A stretch of 64,000 nucleotides of DNA from Candidatus Oxydemutatoraceae bacterium (GCA_965220085.1 CBDCOZ010000002.1:166215-230214); one strand, 5' to 3'; counted from the first letter of the stretch, positions 11,025 through 22,135 are shown. Made by a program: numbers and translations. The notes: generated by a model from the letters alone, not told the origin.

Positions 11025-11195
11025 ATCTGCTTTCCTCCAGTGACGGATTCTACCCTTCCCCCGCAAACCCCGCAAGGCATCCCCGCGCCGAGACTGATAT
11101 GCTTGCCTCCGCTTCGCTCCAACACCTCCGCAGCGCTTCTGGGGCGCTACAATACATGCGACGTATTCGTCAAAAATAATGAGGGGGACTTTCTC

Positions 11196-11459
11196 ATGAC
11201 AACACACCGCACACGACAGGAAGAAGCAGATCGCAACAGCGAAGCGCTTGACAAATTATTGCCGCAGTATATTCAAGATAATTTTGCGGGGCAATATGCT
11301 TTGATGCGCGATGGCAAGGTCGAACTCATCCTTAAAGGTTTTCACGTTGCCGTCATGGCAGGAAACAGGATGTTTAAGGATCGGTTATTTTCTGTTGAGA
11401 AGATCACCGACGCGCCTATCCATTTGGGATTTTATTCTTACTTTCATCCCGGCTCTTGA
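11196..11459 (+). CDS. Small hypothetical protein (87 aa, DUF5678-like)
   Basis: GAGGGGG RBS then MTTHRTRQEE..GQYALMRDGKV..; the real 3' end of the spurious antisense ORF 9534-11459. Confidence 0.65.
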   Translation: MTTHRTRQEEADRNSEALDKLLPQYIQDNFAGQYALMRDGKVELILKGFHVAVMAGNRMFKDRLFSVEKITDAPIHLGFYSYFHPGS

Positions 11460-11743
11460 TCACATTGCCATCATAAGCCGGCCTCGCGCCCGCCCCTCTG
11501 CCACCGAGGGCATCCGTGCGATCTAAGGGGGTCACATTCTCCCGGTTCAACCCGCAAGCCGCAGAACCGATTGCCCAAGCGGTGATACACCGTTAGAACC
11601 GCGCTGACACAGCGCACGGATTCCGCGTGCCATCGCGCTTGTGAGTTGGTCATGTGCGCACTCAATTCCGTGCGCAGAACTCGCGCTATCGCAGCCGGCC
11701 TTCCAGACGGAGTGTGTCGCGCAAGCGCTGTGGGTTGCTCGCG

Positions 11744-11950
11744 CTATCGCAACGGGCCCTCAAGAAAGAGGCGCAACCGCAAGCGTATATCGGTAGACTT
11801 CAGGTTGATGGTCATCGTATGGAGGACGCTGGAGTCGGTGCCATCGCTGACTCTGAAGGTGAAACTGGCGTAGCCATCCATGCCGCCGACCCCAGGTACC
11901 GGAGAAAACCTCAGGTCGCCTATATTCGCTTGCGGTTGCGCCTCATTAAA
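11744..11950 (-). pseudogene. 3' fragment of a FLEGPLR-family cadherin-like protein
   Basis: NIGDLRFSP..GYASFTFRVSDG..HTMTINL..RLRLRLFLEGPLR*; no signal peptide or credible start. Confidence 0.75.
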
Positions 11951-12197
11951 TGTTATCTGCGTATCATAAACAATACGCAGATAACTCGGTAGCGGTTTTG
12001 GGTCTGCCGATAGGCAGATGCGCCGACGCAAGTTTTCAGGAACGCGGAAGGGACGAGGCGTCTGTCGGTTATGCCGAATGCGGCGGTGGATACGTGTATA
12101 GCATGGATGCTCGGAGTGTCAGTCCGTAGTCCTTTCCGTGGTGTTCCGGTGTTAAATCATAGCCAGATGGTCTGTTCGACCCCCCGTAAAGGGCTTC

Positions 12198-12650
12198 AAA
12201 TGACCTATCTCTGCTCTTTTAAGCCGGAAGTGGCCGCTTTTAGAAGGCTTCGATGCCGTATGATGGCCTATTGTTGCAGAATACCGTGTTGAAACCGGAA
12301 ATCCGGCGTATTTTTGGCGTTATCAAGAGATATCGGGCATATTGGCAGGTTTCGTTTGCGTTAAAATATGGAATTCCGTATAAATCATACAGATATTATA
12401 CACAGGGCCTTCAGTGCCGGTTGCAATGAAATGAGAATCATGCCTGTGGGCAGGCAGGTATCTGGGGCACACTTGCGGGTTCCGGTTGCGATGAAATAAG
12501 AAAGCCTTGATAAATCATGCAATTAAAGCAGGGGTTGCGGTTGCGATGAAATAAGAATGGTGCCTGCGATGGTTGGTATCTGCCATATCTTCCGGCTTTT
12601 GATGAGGGCTGGCTTGATCATCTGTCTCTTGCGTCGGAAGTGATAGGGGA
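12198..12650 (+). repeat. Decayed duplicate of 15243-15625, with local CCGGTTGCGATGAAATAAGAA-like repeats
   Basis: 12198-12410 aligns by eye with 15243-15450; 12545-12650 aligns with the 3' end of the ATP-binding gene fragment. Confidence 0.75.
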
Positions 12651-12862
12651 CACGCGCTACACTTTGACCGACCGCAATGCCCCCCATTGCTGTCTCTTGT
12701 GTCGGAAGTGGTAGGGGACACGCGCGCTTCTTGCGAGCGATTTGCAAGCGCTTGCGAGACGCTATCCTGCGGGTGGCGGCATGTCGCGCAAGCGCTTCTC
12801 GGTCGCGCTTAGGCGTTGCTATAATGGGGCAAGCCGCCGATACAAAGCCCGATGAGTTCCCG

Positions 12863-14050
12863 ATGAAAATTAAATACGCTTTGATGAGTTCCAACTCCGA
12901 CCCGGAGTATCTGGATTTCTGGCCGGTCGTCGCCGAAGCGTGGCAGAAGCTCGGCATAACACCGGTGCTGTTTTACATTCCCGACCACCCCGCCGATGCG
13001 CCGGTTGTGCCGCAGGAGGCGCCCGGTACGCAAGTGCACACCGTGCCGCTGTTGCCCGATGTGCACCTCGTGTTGCAGGCGTCGTTGCTTCGGTACTGGG
13101 GGAGTTGCAAGTATCCGAACGATGTGGTGATCATCAGCGACATCGATCTGTTGCCTCTGTCGCGGCGGTTCTTCGTAGAGCGGTTGCGCGAAGTGGCGGA
13201 TGATTGCTATGTGCATCTGAAAGTGAGCAGGGTCGGGTACGGGCATTTTACTTTGTGCGAGACGGCGGCGGGCGGGCGGCGTGATGCCACGAAAATGCGT
13301 TACTTGACGGCTTGCTATCACATCGCCAAGGGCGAGTTGATGCGCCGGGTGTGGTGGCCTGCAGATGCTTCCGATAGCGGGGGCGCGCCGGCGAGCCCCT
13401 CCGATTGGAAGCGCTGTTGCGAACGGGCGCTGCCGTACTTCTACTATGAGTGGGATTGGGGGAAGATGCTTTGCAAGGCAGATGCGCAAACGGATGCGCC
13501 GCGGGAGTTTGGCAAAAGGAAATTTAACCGATTCGGCGATGAGTTGTACTCGTCGGTGCGCGCGCATCGGTTTGCGCGGCAAGATGTGTTTCGGCACATC
13601 ACCCATGAGGCGCATGAGTATCACTTTTTGCATCGCGCCGCGTGGATGTATGACCCCGAGCGGTTGCGACAGGGCTATTACTCGGCGGCACACCTGCCGC
13701 GCCCGTATGGTCAATACAAGTCGGTGATAGATGCGTTGCTACGGCGCCGCGCCCCGCCGCTGACCTACCGCGTGTTGTTTCGGATGACAGAGGCGCTCGG
13801 CGCGGGCGCCCGGCGTTCGCCCAAACCCATCGCGTTTCTTTTTTGCTTTGCTATCGCGGCGGGCGAGGATGTGTTCAGGGTGGCTTACCGGCGCACCGGC
13901 AGGAGCGGCGCGGCATTGTTGTGCGAGTATTGCAAAGCGATGTGCCATGCGCAAGCCGGCGACCCGCGCATGGTCGCAACGCAGAAAAGGTATCGGCGAT
14001 GGAAGGGAGTGTTGCGCCGCTTGTTGCCGCGCGCGCGGGCGCACTCGTAG
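12863..14050 (+). CDS. Putative GT-A-like glycosyltransferase (paralogue 1)
   Basis: MKIKYALMSSNSDPEYLDFWP N-terminus, ISDIDLLPL DxD motif, GDE and AHLPRPY; extended -10 TGCTATAAT at 12817-12825. Confidence 0.65.
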   Translation: MKIKYALMSSNSDPEYLDFWPVVAEAWQKLGITPVLFYIPDHPADAPVVPQEAPGTQVHTVPLLPDVHLVLQASLLRYWGSCKYPNDVVIISDIDLLPLSRRFFVERLREVADDCYVHLKVSRVGYGHFTLCETAAGGRRDATKMRYLTACYHIAKGELMRRVWWPADASDSGGAPASPSDWKRCCERALPYFYYEWDWGKMLCKADAQTDAPREFGKRKFNRFGDELYSSVRAHRFARQDVFRHITHEAHEYHFLHRAAWMYDPERLRQGYYSAAHLPRPYGQYKSVIDALLRRRAPPLTYRVLFRMTEALGAGARRSPKPIAFLFCFAIAAGEDVFRVAYRRTGRSGAALLCEYCKAMCHAQAGDPRMVATQKRYRRWKGVLRRLLPRARAHS

Positions 14051-14439
14051 CCGGGAAGGCGCACGACCATAGCCGGATGCAGACACGCCGCAAGCCCTGC
14101 GCCCATCTCTGTGGTCGGCGCACTGGGTGGTGCCATGCGAGTGGGTGGCCGCTGGCTCGCGGGCCTGTCCGGAGGCCACTGCTCGCGAGCGCCAAGTCAA
14201 GCGCAAGCGACAAAGACGGACGCGGGCTACGGTCGCCAAGCGCCGTAGCGAGCGCAGCCAGTCCGCCCAAGCGCCCCTGTGTTGTTCTGCGACAGCGCTA
14301 CCGGCGGTCTGGCGGGGCGGGGTTCATGTCGTGCATGTGCTCAAGGCAAGCGCAAGAGCGTAGCGAGCGCGGCGGAGGCGCAACGGTGCCCCTGTGGGGG
14401 CCGGTGACAGTGCTGGCAGCGCGACCGGTGCGCGGTGCA

Positions 14440-15243
14440 GGACAAGCTAAGCCGCGCTCGTCACACCACGGTTGAATCAGCAGGTATGGCTTGGGTGGGC
14501 AAACAACATGTAATGAGGCACAATAATGAGAGGCACAAACAACTTTGTTGTTTGTGTATTTTTTGATGAGAGCACAAACAACTTTGTTGTTTGTGTATTT
14601 TTTGATGAGAGCACAAACAACTTTGTTGTTTGTGTATTTTTTGATGAGAGCACAAACGATATAAGAGCACAATAATGAGAGGCACAAACAACTTTGTTGT
14701 TTGTGTATTTTTTGATGAGAGCACAAACAATATTATTGTTTGTGTTCCATAAACTGTTTGTGGTTTCTTAAGTTGTTTGTGTTCCATAAACTGTTTGTGG
14801 CTTCTTAAGTTGTTTGTGTTCCATCAACTGTTTGCGGGTTGTTTATGGGGTGCGCCATGGAAGATAGCTTGGGGGATAGTTTCCGCGGTGTCGCCGAATC
14901 TCTGCGACTATCTTCGCAGGCCAGTTGCGGCGGCGCAGATGGAGTGGGCGAGCGCTCTGATTGACTAAGCCGTTAATGCCATAGTCCCGATATTTTTTCC
15001 GCCACGCATAGAGTGGATGAAGGGCTGATGTGGTAAGCGTCCATACTGGCTTTTATGCCGTGTTTCTCCCATAATGTAAGGGCTTCAAGTTTCTGTTGGG
15101 TCTTATAACTCATAGTTGCCTCCTTTGCTGAAAAAGCAGCTATTTTATAGAAACCTTTGACGCCGTAGCCGATGTGTTGATATTGCATGTCGGCTACGTT
15201 TTTTGTTGAAGCCAAGAATCCAGAATGTTTCTGGCATTATGCA
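14440..15243 (-). mobile_element. Degenerate IS481-family copy with nested insertion (left limit approximate)
   Basis: Terminal IR (TGCATAATGCCAGAAACATTCTGGA on minus strand) ends at 15243; frameshifted N-terminal transposase matching 20797-21877. Confidence 0.85.
14498..14847. repeat. CACAAAC/GTTTGTG hairpin-repeat element nested in the IS remnant
   Basis: Flanked by GGGTG direct repeat (single copy in the intact IS); tandem units containing CACAAACAACTTTGTTGTTTGTG. Confidence 0.8.
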
Positions 15244-15524
15244 ATGACCCATCGCTGCCTTTTTTAAGCCGAAGTGGCCGCTTTTAGAGGGTTTTGATGC
15301 CGTGTGAGGGCTGATTATTGCAGAATACCGTGTTGGAGCCGGCAATCCGGCGTATTTTTGGCGTTATTTAGAGATATCTGGCATATTGACAGGTTCTGCT
15401 TGCGCTAAAATAGAAAATCTCGTATAAATCATGCAGATATTATACACAGGCACCTGCGCTGGAATAGGGAACTTCATATGAATCATACGGCTATTATCCA
15501 CAGATATCTGCGCTAAAATAAGAA

Positions 15525-16030
15525 TCATGCCCACGATGGTAAATATCTAACATATCTTCTGGCTTTTGATCCGTTAGGGGCTGGCTTAATCAGGTTGTTA
15601 TCTCTTGCGTCTGAAATGATATGGGAAACTCTGCTCATGCTTCTTGCGGACAATCCGAAGCGCTTGCGAAGTGTCTGATTTGTCATCTGTTGCGCCAATA
15701 CCCACTGCAAAACGCAGTGTTGGTAACAGGCGCGAATACGCTCAGCACGGTCCATTTTACTGAATGGGCGCGGACCAAAGATAATAACGATTGTGCGCTT
15801 CAAGTCGGCTCGGAAATCCGGCGCGGGCAATTGATAATCTTCCGCCTCTTGTATTACCTTATCAATCCCGCTGCTCCTTTCTTCACAGATGCCAAAGCGC
15901 CGCATGATATCCGTAAGATCCTCGTTGCGGGATTGGTGTCTGTCAATGAAGCGTTTAACAGGCACAATTGGTTCGCCAGGATTGCTTATCTCAACTCGGT
16001 CGGGATATATCTCAATCATAGGCGACATCC
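15525..16030 (-). pseudogene. C-terminal fragment of an ATP-binding protein (HATPase_c_4 / RecG C-terminal-like regulator)
   Basis: PMIEIYPDRVEISNPG..SRNE..MRRFGICEERSSGIDK; 5' part replaced by a dispersed repeat at ~16040-16110. Confidence 0.75.
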
Positions 16031-16282
16031 CGCGCACTCCCCTCGCAGGGGAATTGCTCGCACTCAGTGCAAAGGCCGAGTCGCGGGCAAGGGCGATGCG
16101 AAGAGCGGGCGAGTAAGAGTTGGTGCGAGCGGGAGTCATGCGGCGCGGGGTTGCCGGTTGCGCTAAAATAAGAATCAAGCCCGCGATGGCAAATATCTAA
16201 CATATCTTCCGTGTTTAGGCTCTGTGACCGACTAGTACTTATAATGGGGCAAGCCGCCGATACAAAGCCCGATGAATTCCCG

Positions 16283-17464
16283 ATGAAAATCAAATACGCT
16301 TTAATGAGTTCCAACTCCGACCCCAAGTATCTGGACTTCTGGCCGGCCGCAGCCGAAGCGTGGCAGAAGCTCGGCATAACACCGGCGCTGTTTTACATTC
16401 CCGACCACGCCGCCGATGCGCCGGTTGTGCCGCAGGAGGTGGCGGGCACCGAGGTGCACACCGTGCCGCTGTTGCCCGATGTGCACATCGTGATGCAAGC
16501 GTCGTTGCTTCGGTACTGGGGGAGTTGCAAGTATCCGAACGATGTGGTGATCATCAGCGACATCGATCTGTTGCCTCTGTCGCGGCAGTTTTTCATAGAG
16601 CAGTTGGTCGAAGTGGCGGATGACCGCTATGTGCATCTGAAATTTGACAACGCCAGATACAAGCATTTTTATTTGTGCGATGCGGCGGCGGGCGCGCGGC
16701 ACGATGCCACAAGGATACGTTATCTGCCCGCTTGCTATCACATCGCCAAAGGCGGCTTGATGCATGCGGTGTGGTGGGGCTCCGATGTTGCCGACAGTTC
16801 GGGAGAGACAGGCAGCGCCCCTTCCGACTGGAAGTCTTGTTGCGAACGAGTGCTGCCGTATTTCCGGCGGCGGGAGGGGGAGGATATGAAACATACGTTT
16901 GCTCCCAAAACCGATACCGCGCAGGAGTCCGGCAACGGCATATTTAACAGGTTCGGCGATGAGCTGTACTCGTCTGCGCGTGTGCATCGGTTTGCGCATC
17001 AAGAGGTGTTTCATTACGTAACCTACCCGGCGCAGCAATATTATTTTTTGAATCGCAACGCATGGATGTATGACCCCGAGCGGTTGCGGCAAGGCTATTA
17101 CTCGGCGGCGCATCTGCCGCGCCCGTATGGGCAATACAAGTCGGCTATAGATGCGTTGCGACGGCGCCGCGCCCCGCCGTTGATCTACCGCGCATTATTT
17201 TGGACGATAAAAGCATTCGGCGCGGCAGGCCGGCGTTCGCCCAAACCCGTCGCGTTTCTTTTTTACTTTGCTATCGCGGCGGGTGAGGATGCATTCGGGG
17301 CGATTGACCGGCGCACCGGTTCGGGCGGCGCGGCATTGTTGCAAGAGCATTGCAAGGGGATGTGCCAGGCGCATGCCGACAACCCGCGCATGGTCGCGGC
17401 GCAGAAAAGGTATCGGCGGTTGCAGGAAGCGCTGCGCCGCTTACTGCCGCGCCCGCGACCATAG
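16283..17464 (+). CDS. Putative GT-A-like glycosyltransferase (paralogue 2)
   Basis: Close paralogue of 12863-14050 with the same upstream TATAAT module. Confidence 0.65.
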   Translation: MKIKYALMSSNSDPKYLDFWPAAAEAWQKLGITPALFYIPDHAADAPVVPQEVAGTEVHTVPLLPDVHIVMQASLLRYWGSCKYPNDVVIISDIDLLPLSRQFFIEQLVEVADDRYVHLKFDNARYKHFYLCDAAAGARHDATRIRYLPACYHIAKGGLMHAVWWGSDVADSSGETGSAPSDWKSCCERVLPYFRRREGEDMKHTFAPKTDTAQESGNGIFNRFGDELYSSARVHRFAHQEVFHYVTYPAQQYYFLNRNAWMYDPERLRQGYYSAAHLPRPYGQYKSAIDALRRRRAPPLIYRALFWTIKAFGAAGRRSPKPVAFLFYFAIAAGEDAFGAIDRRTGSGGAALLQEHCKGMCQAHADNPRMVAAQKRYRRLQEALRRLLPRPRP

Positions 17465-18613
17465 CCGGACGCAAGCGCGCCACAACCGTCGGGGGATGCA
17501 GAGCGCGATGTTCTTGAGAATGTTCTTGGCATAGCGCAGGCTGATATTCGGGTTGCGACAAAGCATGCGGCAGACGCAAAAGAGCTTGTGCGGGCGCGCG
17601 AATAAACGCATCAGAAAGGACGGCTTCTCGGCGCGCCGCGCCAAGGCCGCCTCGGCTATGGATGCCCACGCCTTGCCCATCTTGGTCGGCACATCGTAGT
17701 AGTGATGGCGGGGCAAGACGGGCGGCGCCTTGCGGTACTCTTCGTATAGTTTGGGTTCGTTGTCTATTTCCCGTATGCGGTCGATGACATCGTCCGTGTT
17801 TCCGTAGTCGTGGCAATTGACGAAGGCGCGCGGGTTATAGTAGTCGGCAATCGCGGGGCAACCGTGATATATCGGGATGCTTCCCACCGCCAACGGGTGT
17901 GATATTTTTTCCGTGACATAGCCGTTGATAGAAGTGTTTTCAAAAGCGATGGTGAATTTGTAGTCTTTGATGAAGCGGAGTTTTAAATCAAAGGGGTGAA
18001 TCCACCCGGGCTCGGTTTGCTCGGGGAATGACATGTTGTTGAGAGACTGCCCGGGGCAATCGACCGGCTTGTATCGCATGAGTTTGCGGCAGAAGTCACG
18101 ACGGATTTTTGTTCCGGGCCGGCGGTCGTTTGAATAGACGTAATTGCAGAATTTTGTTTTCGCTATCTCTTTGTGCCGATGCCAGTTACCCAAGAAGTCC
18201 AGCAGTCCCAGCCCCAGACAGACGTTCTCGCAGTCTCCCTTGCGCGCGGGAGGAAACGATGAAAAAACATAGTCGTACCCGTCCGGGTTCGCTATCATGG
18301 GTTCGCCGATTTTTGTTAATAGCAATGGCCGGGCGCCGAACGTCCAGCGCGCGAAAAGGGCGGACATAAACAACTGGGCATCGTCGCCGGACAGGACGCT
18401 GAGCAATATCAAATCCGGATCTTTTGCGACCCTGACGAAGCGATAGGGAAGCGCGTCATATTCTTTGCGGAAGTTTACGGGGAAAGGCAGAACCGCCTCC
18501 TTGTCTTCTTGATAAGAAAACGGTTGCGCCGACGAATGCGGCGCGCGGCATATGATGCACAGATAGCGGATGACCGCCTTGGCATCATCCGCCGCACAGT
18601 TTTGTTTGCGCAT
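17441..18613 (-). CDS. Alpha-1,3/4-fucosyltransferase (GT10 family)
   Basis: FCNYVYSN, YKFTIAFENTSINGYVTEKI, SIPIYHG and NPRAFVN motifs as in Helicobacter FucT. Confidence 0.9.
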   Translation of the reverse strand: MRKQNCAADDAKAVIRYLCIICRAPHSSAQPFSYQEDKEAVLPFPVNFRKEYDALPYRFVRVAKDPDLILLSVLSGDDAQLFMSALFARWTFGARPLLLTKIGEPMIANPDGYDYVFSSFPPARKGDCENVCLGLGLLDFLGNWHRHKEIAKTKFCNYVYSNDRRPGTKIRRDFCRKLMRYKPVDCPGQSLNNMSFPEQTEPGWIHPFDLKLRFIKDYKFTIAFENTSINGYVTEKISHPLAVGSIPIYHGCPAIADYYNPRAFVNCHDYGNTDDVIDRIREIDNEPKLYEEYRKAPPVLPRHHYYDVPTKMGKAWASIAEAALARRAEKPSFLMRLFARPHKLFCVCRMLCRNPNISLRYAKNILKNIALCIPRRLWRACVRLWSRARQ

Positions 18614-18636
18614 CGGCTTGGGGGAGTGACTCGGGT

Positions 18637-20655
18637 TTATCGCAACGGGCCTTCCAGGAAGACGCGCAACCGCAAGCGCAGGCGCAGGCGCTCCGCCAAG
18701 CTAATGGTCATGGTGTGGGTTGCGCTGTCTAAGGCGCCATCGTTTACGGTGAAGGTGAAACTGGCGAAGTCAGGGGCGGCGGCGGAGTTGTCCGGGGGAT
18801 AGAAAGTGAGGTTGCCGTTGCGCAGCTCGTCGTCGGTTACTTCGGTGTTGGCGGTCACTGCGGCGCTGCCGTTGCGCAATGTGCCCTTGCCGGATGCTAT
18901 CGGGGTGACTATGGTTATGTGATCCAGGCTGTTGCCTTCCTCGTCCCTGTACGGGAAGTCGGATTCCGTGAAGATGTACGGATTGGTTGCGCTTGTGTTG
19001 ACGGATACGCTCACCGAATTGTCAGCGCTGGTGGGCACATCATTGACATGGGTTACCACGGCGCCGTCGGAGCACAGCATGGGGGCGCCGACGCTGCCGC
19101 CCTCGGCGTTGTTCAGAGCATCGCGGAAGAATGCGCAGACTCTGATGTGCATGTTCCCATCCGCCTGCGAGGGGGTGAAGGCGGCGGCGTTGGCTCCGGA
19201 GATGGCGGCGTATGGGCCGGTCTGGGCATCGGCGCGGTACCATTGCCAGCGTATGTTTGCATTGCTTATGCCGTTGGGGTCGGTAATGCCGTCGGTACTG
19301 GCGGTCAGCTCGGTATCCTCGTCATAGCCGGCGGTCGGGTCTGCGGCCGGAGTCACTGTGGGGGCGCCGCTGGCGGCGCCCTGAGTGGCACTGACGAGGT
19401 CTATGATGAGGGTGGCATCGGCGGTGGCCTCGTTGGCGACTGCCGTTGAGGGTGCTGATGTTGTGCCGGTGTCGCGCACCCGGTATGTGAATGTCGCATA
19501 GTCGTCGGTGACGGTGGCGCCGTCAGCCGGGTAGTATGCCAGAGTGTCCAGTTCGGCCAGAGTCAGCGTGGCGTTTGCGCCGCCGGTGACGGCTGTGTTG
19601 GAAGCGCCCACCCGCCGCACCAGAGTGCCCGCCGTGGGCAGGGTGACTATGTGGATGCCGTTGATGGTGTCGTCATCGACATCGCTAAATGGAAAATCCG
19701 CCCTGACAAAGCGGTGCGGATTGTTGCTGCTGACATTGGCCGGCACCGCAACCGTGCTGGTGCTGCCGACAGGCGCATCGCTGATATTGTCTATGCGGGC
19801 GACCTCGGAGCAACGCGTCTCGTCGCCGGGAGGGGTATGCAGATCCTTGAAGCTGACGCAGAGGCGCACATACTGCTCCGCCTGTTCATCGCCGGGGGCA
19901 AAGTGGTCGGGCATGTTCCCGGTGGAGGTCGCGCCTCTGATGTCGGCGTATGGGCCGGCGCGGGCGGGGGATTGTTGCCATTGCCAACTATAGGCGATAG
20001 CGACGTTGCCTTCTCTGCCGAAGCCGACTGGGTCGATGCCGCCGTTCAGGTCATTGATATCGCCAGGTCCGCCTTCGAGTATCTCATCCTCCCAGTAACT
20101 TTCTCTGGAAAATGTGGTCAGGGACTGGTGGAAGGGCGCGCCGATGGCGGGTGTTTGCGCGACCGCGCGAAGGTTGATGCTGAGCGTGGCTTCGTTGGAA
20201 TCCAGGAAACCGGCCCTGACAGTGAATGTAAAACTGGTGTAGCCGAATTGTGCCTCCTGATTGGCTTCCGGCCAGTATTTGATGTCGCCGAGGTTGGCGG
20301 CGGTCACATTCTGATTCACCGTAGCGGCGGAGCTGGCCACCTGCAGGGTGCCCCGAGCCGGCAGGCTCTTTATCGTGATGTTGACCAGAGTATCCCCGTC
20401 CCTGTCGTTGAAAGGGAAGTCGTCCCTCTTGAAGGTGTACGGCATGTCGGAGGTGGCGTTGTGCGGTATCCAAAGCGTGTTAGGCATGGCCTCCGGCGCC
20501 GCCGCCGATGCCTGAGCAATCGCTTGGTTCGCCGTGGCGAGCAGGGCAAGCATAGCCGACAACAAGAGGCCTCGGCGCATCATCGTTGCTCGCCAGTTGC
20601 GCTGTCGCAGCGCATGCGGGAAGACCCGCTCTTTGAGTTGAGATTTAATTCGCAT
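18637..20655 (-). CDS. Secreted cadherin-like/Ig-repeat protein, FLEGPLR family
   Basis: Signal peptide (..LLLSAMLALLATANQAIA|Q), alternating DFPF.D.DGD and WQW..GA..F.P Ig-like repeats, ends RLRLRLRVFLEGPLR*. Confidence 0.85.
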   Translation of the reverse strand: MRIKSQLKERVFPHALRQRNWRATMMRRGLLLSAMLALLATANQAIAQASAAAPEAMPNTLWIPHNATSDMPYTFKRDDFPFNDRDGDTLVNITIKSLPARGTLQVASSAATVNQNVTAANLGDIKYWPEANQEAQFGYTSFTFTVRAGFLDSNEATLSINLRAVAQTPAIGAPFHQSLTTFSRESYWEDEILEGGPGDINDLNGGIDPVGFGREGNVAIAYSWQWQQSPARAGPYADIRGATSTGNMPDHFAPGDEQAEQYVRLCVSFKDLHTPPGDETRCSEVARIDNISDAPVGSTSTVAVPANVSSNNPHRFVRADFPFSDVDDDTINGIHIVTLPTAGTLVRRVGASNTAVTGGANATLTLAELDTLAYYPADGATVTDDYATFTYRVRDTGTTSAPSTAVANEATADATLIIDLVSATQGAASGAPTVTPAADPTAGYDEDTELTASTDGITDPNGISNANIRWQWYRADAQTGPYAAISGANAAAFTPSQADGNMHIRVCAFFRDALNNAEGGSVGAPMLCSDGAVVTHVNDVPTSADNSVSVSVNTSATNPYIFTESDFPYRDEEGNSLDHITIVTPIASGKGTLRNGSAAVTANTEVTDDELRNGNLTFYPPDNSAAAPDFASFTFTVNDGALDSATHTMTISLAERLRLRLRLRVFLEGPLR

Positions 20656-20718
20656 TTGTTAGTTTCTCCGACAATCTTTTTTCTTCGGCATGGAAGCAAA
20701 ACTCAAATCAACATGCCG

Positions 20719-21822
20719 TTAGCATAACCGCTTGTGCAATCGGCATGGATGGCGTACGCTCGCATTATACAATACGGTTTGCATGTTGCCGGTATGTGTA
20801 TGATGCCAGTACATATTGGAAACTTTGGGCAAATGTTGTGTAATTAGTGCCATAGGTGTTTGGAGCCTCAATCCATAATGTGGTCGTTGGGTATTAAACC
20901 ATAGCAGGTAGTCTATCATACGCTCATTGAATTCCCGAATATCGGTCAGCAACAAGCCCTCTTCAAACTCCACAAACTCTTCCTGGAGCGTGCGGTTAAA
21001 GCGTTCATTGAATGCGTTCATCTTCGGACATTTGGGATACGTGTAGCAGTGCCGGATACCTTGCTCTTGCAGGCAGCGATCAAACGCGCCGCAGAACTCG
21101 GAGCCGTTGTCGGTGAGCACTTGCTCTATCTTGGCGGGGAACACTTCCATCATCAGCTTCATAAAGAACTCGGCAGCGATGCTGTTGCCACGAGGGACGC
21201 CGATAGCAAAGCCAAACCGGCTATGCAAATCTACGGCCGTGAACAGATAGCGACGCTGACCTTGAATAAACCGTTGCACGGTATCCATGGCGATGCAATG
21301 CCCGATACGCTTTGCATTGAAACCCTTTTCAAGACGCTCCTTGCTCTTGCTTTGCGTTGTGCGTTGCCGACGCGGTTTTGCGGGCACCCAGCGCATCTTA
21401 TCGGGTGCGCTGGCAATCAGTCGCACGATGGTGCGCGGCTTGGGACAACGCAAGCCGCGCTCGTCACACCACGGTTGAATCAGCAGGTATATCTTGGGTG
21501 CGCCGTAGGGATAGTTTTTGCGGTGTCGCCGAATCTCGTCGATAATCTCCGGAGGCCAGTCGCGCCGGCGTGGCTGGCGCGGGCAAGTGCTCTGATTGAT
21601 TAAGCCGTTAATGCCATAAAGCCGATATTGTCTCCGCCACTCATAGAGTGATGATTTGCTGATGTGGTAAGCGTCCATGCTGGCTTTTATGTTGTGGTTC
21701 TCCCATAATATAAGGGCTTCAAGTTTCTGTTTTGCTTTATAGCTCATAGTTGCCTCGTCTATTGAAAAAGCAGCTATTTTATAGAAACCTTTGATGCCGT
21801 GGCCGATGTGTTGATATTGCAT
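20719..21822 (-). CDS. IS481-family DDE transposase (integrase core)
   Basis: HTH region, AMDT, VLTDNGSEF, NERFNRTLQEE, FNTQRPH; ORF reads through the IR; start may be 21747. Confidence 0.9.
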   Translation of the reverse strand: MQYQHIGHGIKGFYKIAAFSIDEATMSYKAKQKLEALILWENHNIKASMDAYHISKSSLYEWRRQYRLYGINGLINQSTCPRQPRRRDWPPEIIDEIRRHRKNYPYGAPKIYLLIQPWCDERGLRCPKPRTIVRLIASAPDKMRWVPAKPRRQRTTQSKSKERLEKGFNAKRIGHCIAMDTVQRFIQGQRRYLFTAVDLHSRFGFAIGVPRGNSIAAEFFMKLMMEVFPAKIEQVLTDNGSEFCGAFDRCLQEQGIRHCYTYPKCPKMNAFNERFNRTLQEEFVEFEEGLLLTDIREFNERMIDYLLWFNTQRPHYGLRLQTPMALITQHLPKVSNMYWHHTHTGNMQTVLYNASVRHPCRLHKRLC

Positions 21823-21877
21823 GTCGGCTACGTTTGTTGTTGAAGCCAAGAATCCAGAATGTTTCTGGCATTATGCA
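20797..21877 (-). mobile_element. Intact IS481-family element (1081 bp)
   Basis: Imperfect IRs TGTATGATGCCAGTACATATTGGA / TGCATAATGCCAGAAACATTCTGGA; 5-bp target duplication GTATG at 20792-20796 and 21878-21882. Confidence 0.9.
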
Positions 21878-22135
21878 GTATGTTGCGGACGAACCGGTTG
21901 TCGCCGCCGTCGCTTTCTTGCGGCAGGAGGTGCGATAGCCCCGCGCCTCGTCACCCCTGCGGGCAGCGCCTTCGTGGAATAGACATCCGCGCCCATGACG
22001 GTCCGCCATTCTGCCCTGTAGCGGGCACACACGGACAGGCCCGTTACGGCAATAGCAGCGGCAGGGCTGCCAGTGTTCGGGGGGAGGGAATCAAGGCGGC
22101 TCCTCTTTCGGAGCTTCGGCGGCGGCCCCGGCGGG

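Noticed and set aside
9534-11195. 641-aa plus-strand ORF
   Set aside because: Antisense shadow of the FRG-TPR gene; only the last 87 codons (from 11196) look like a real gene
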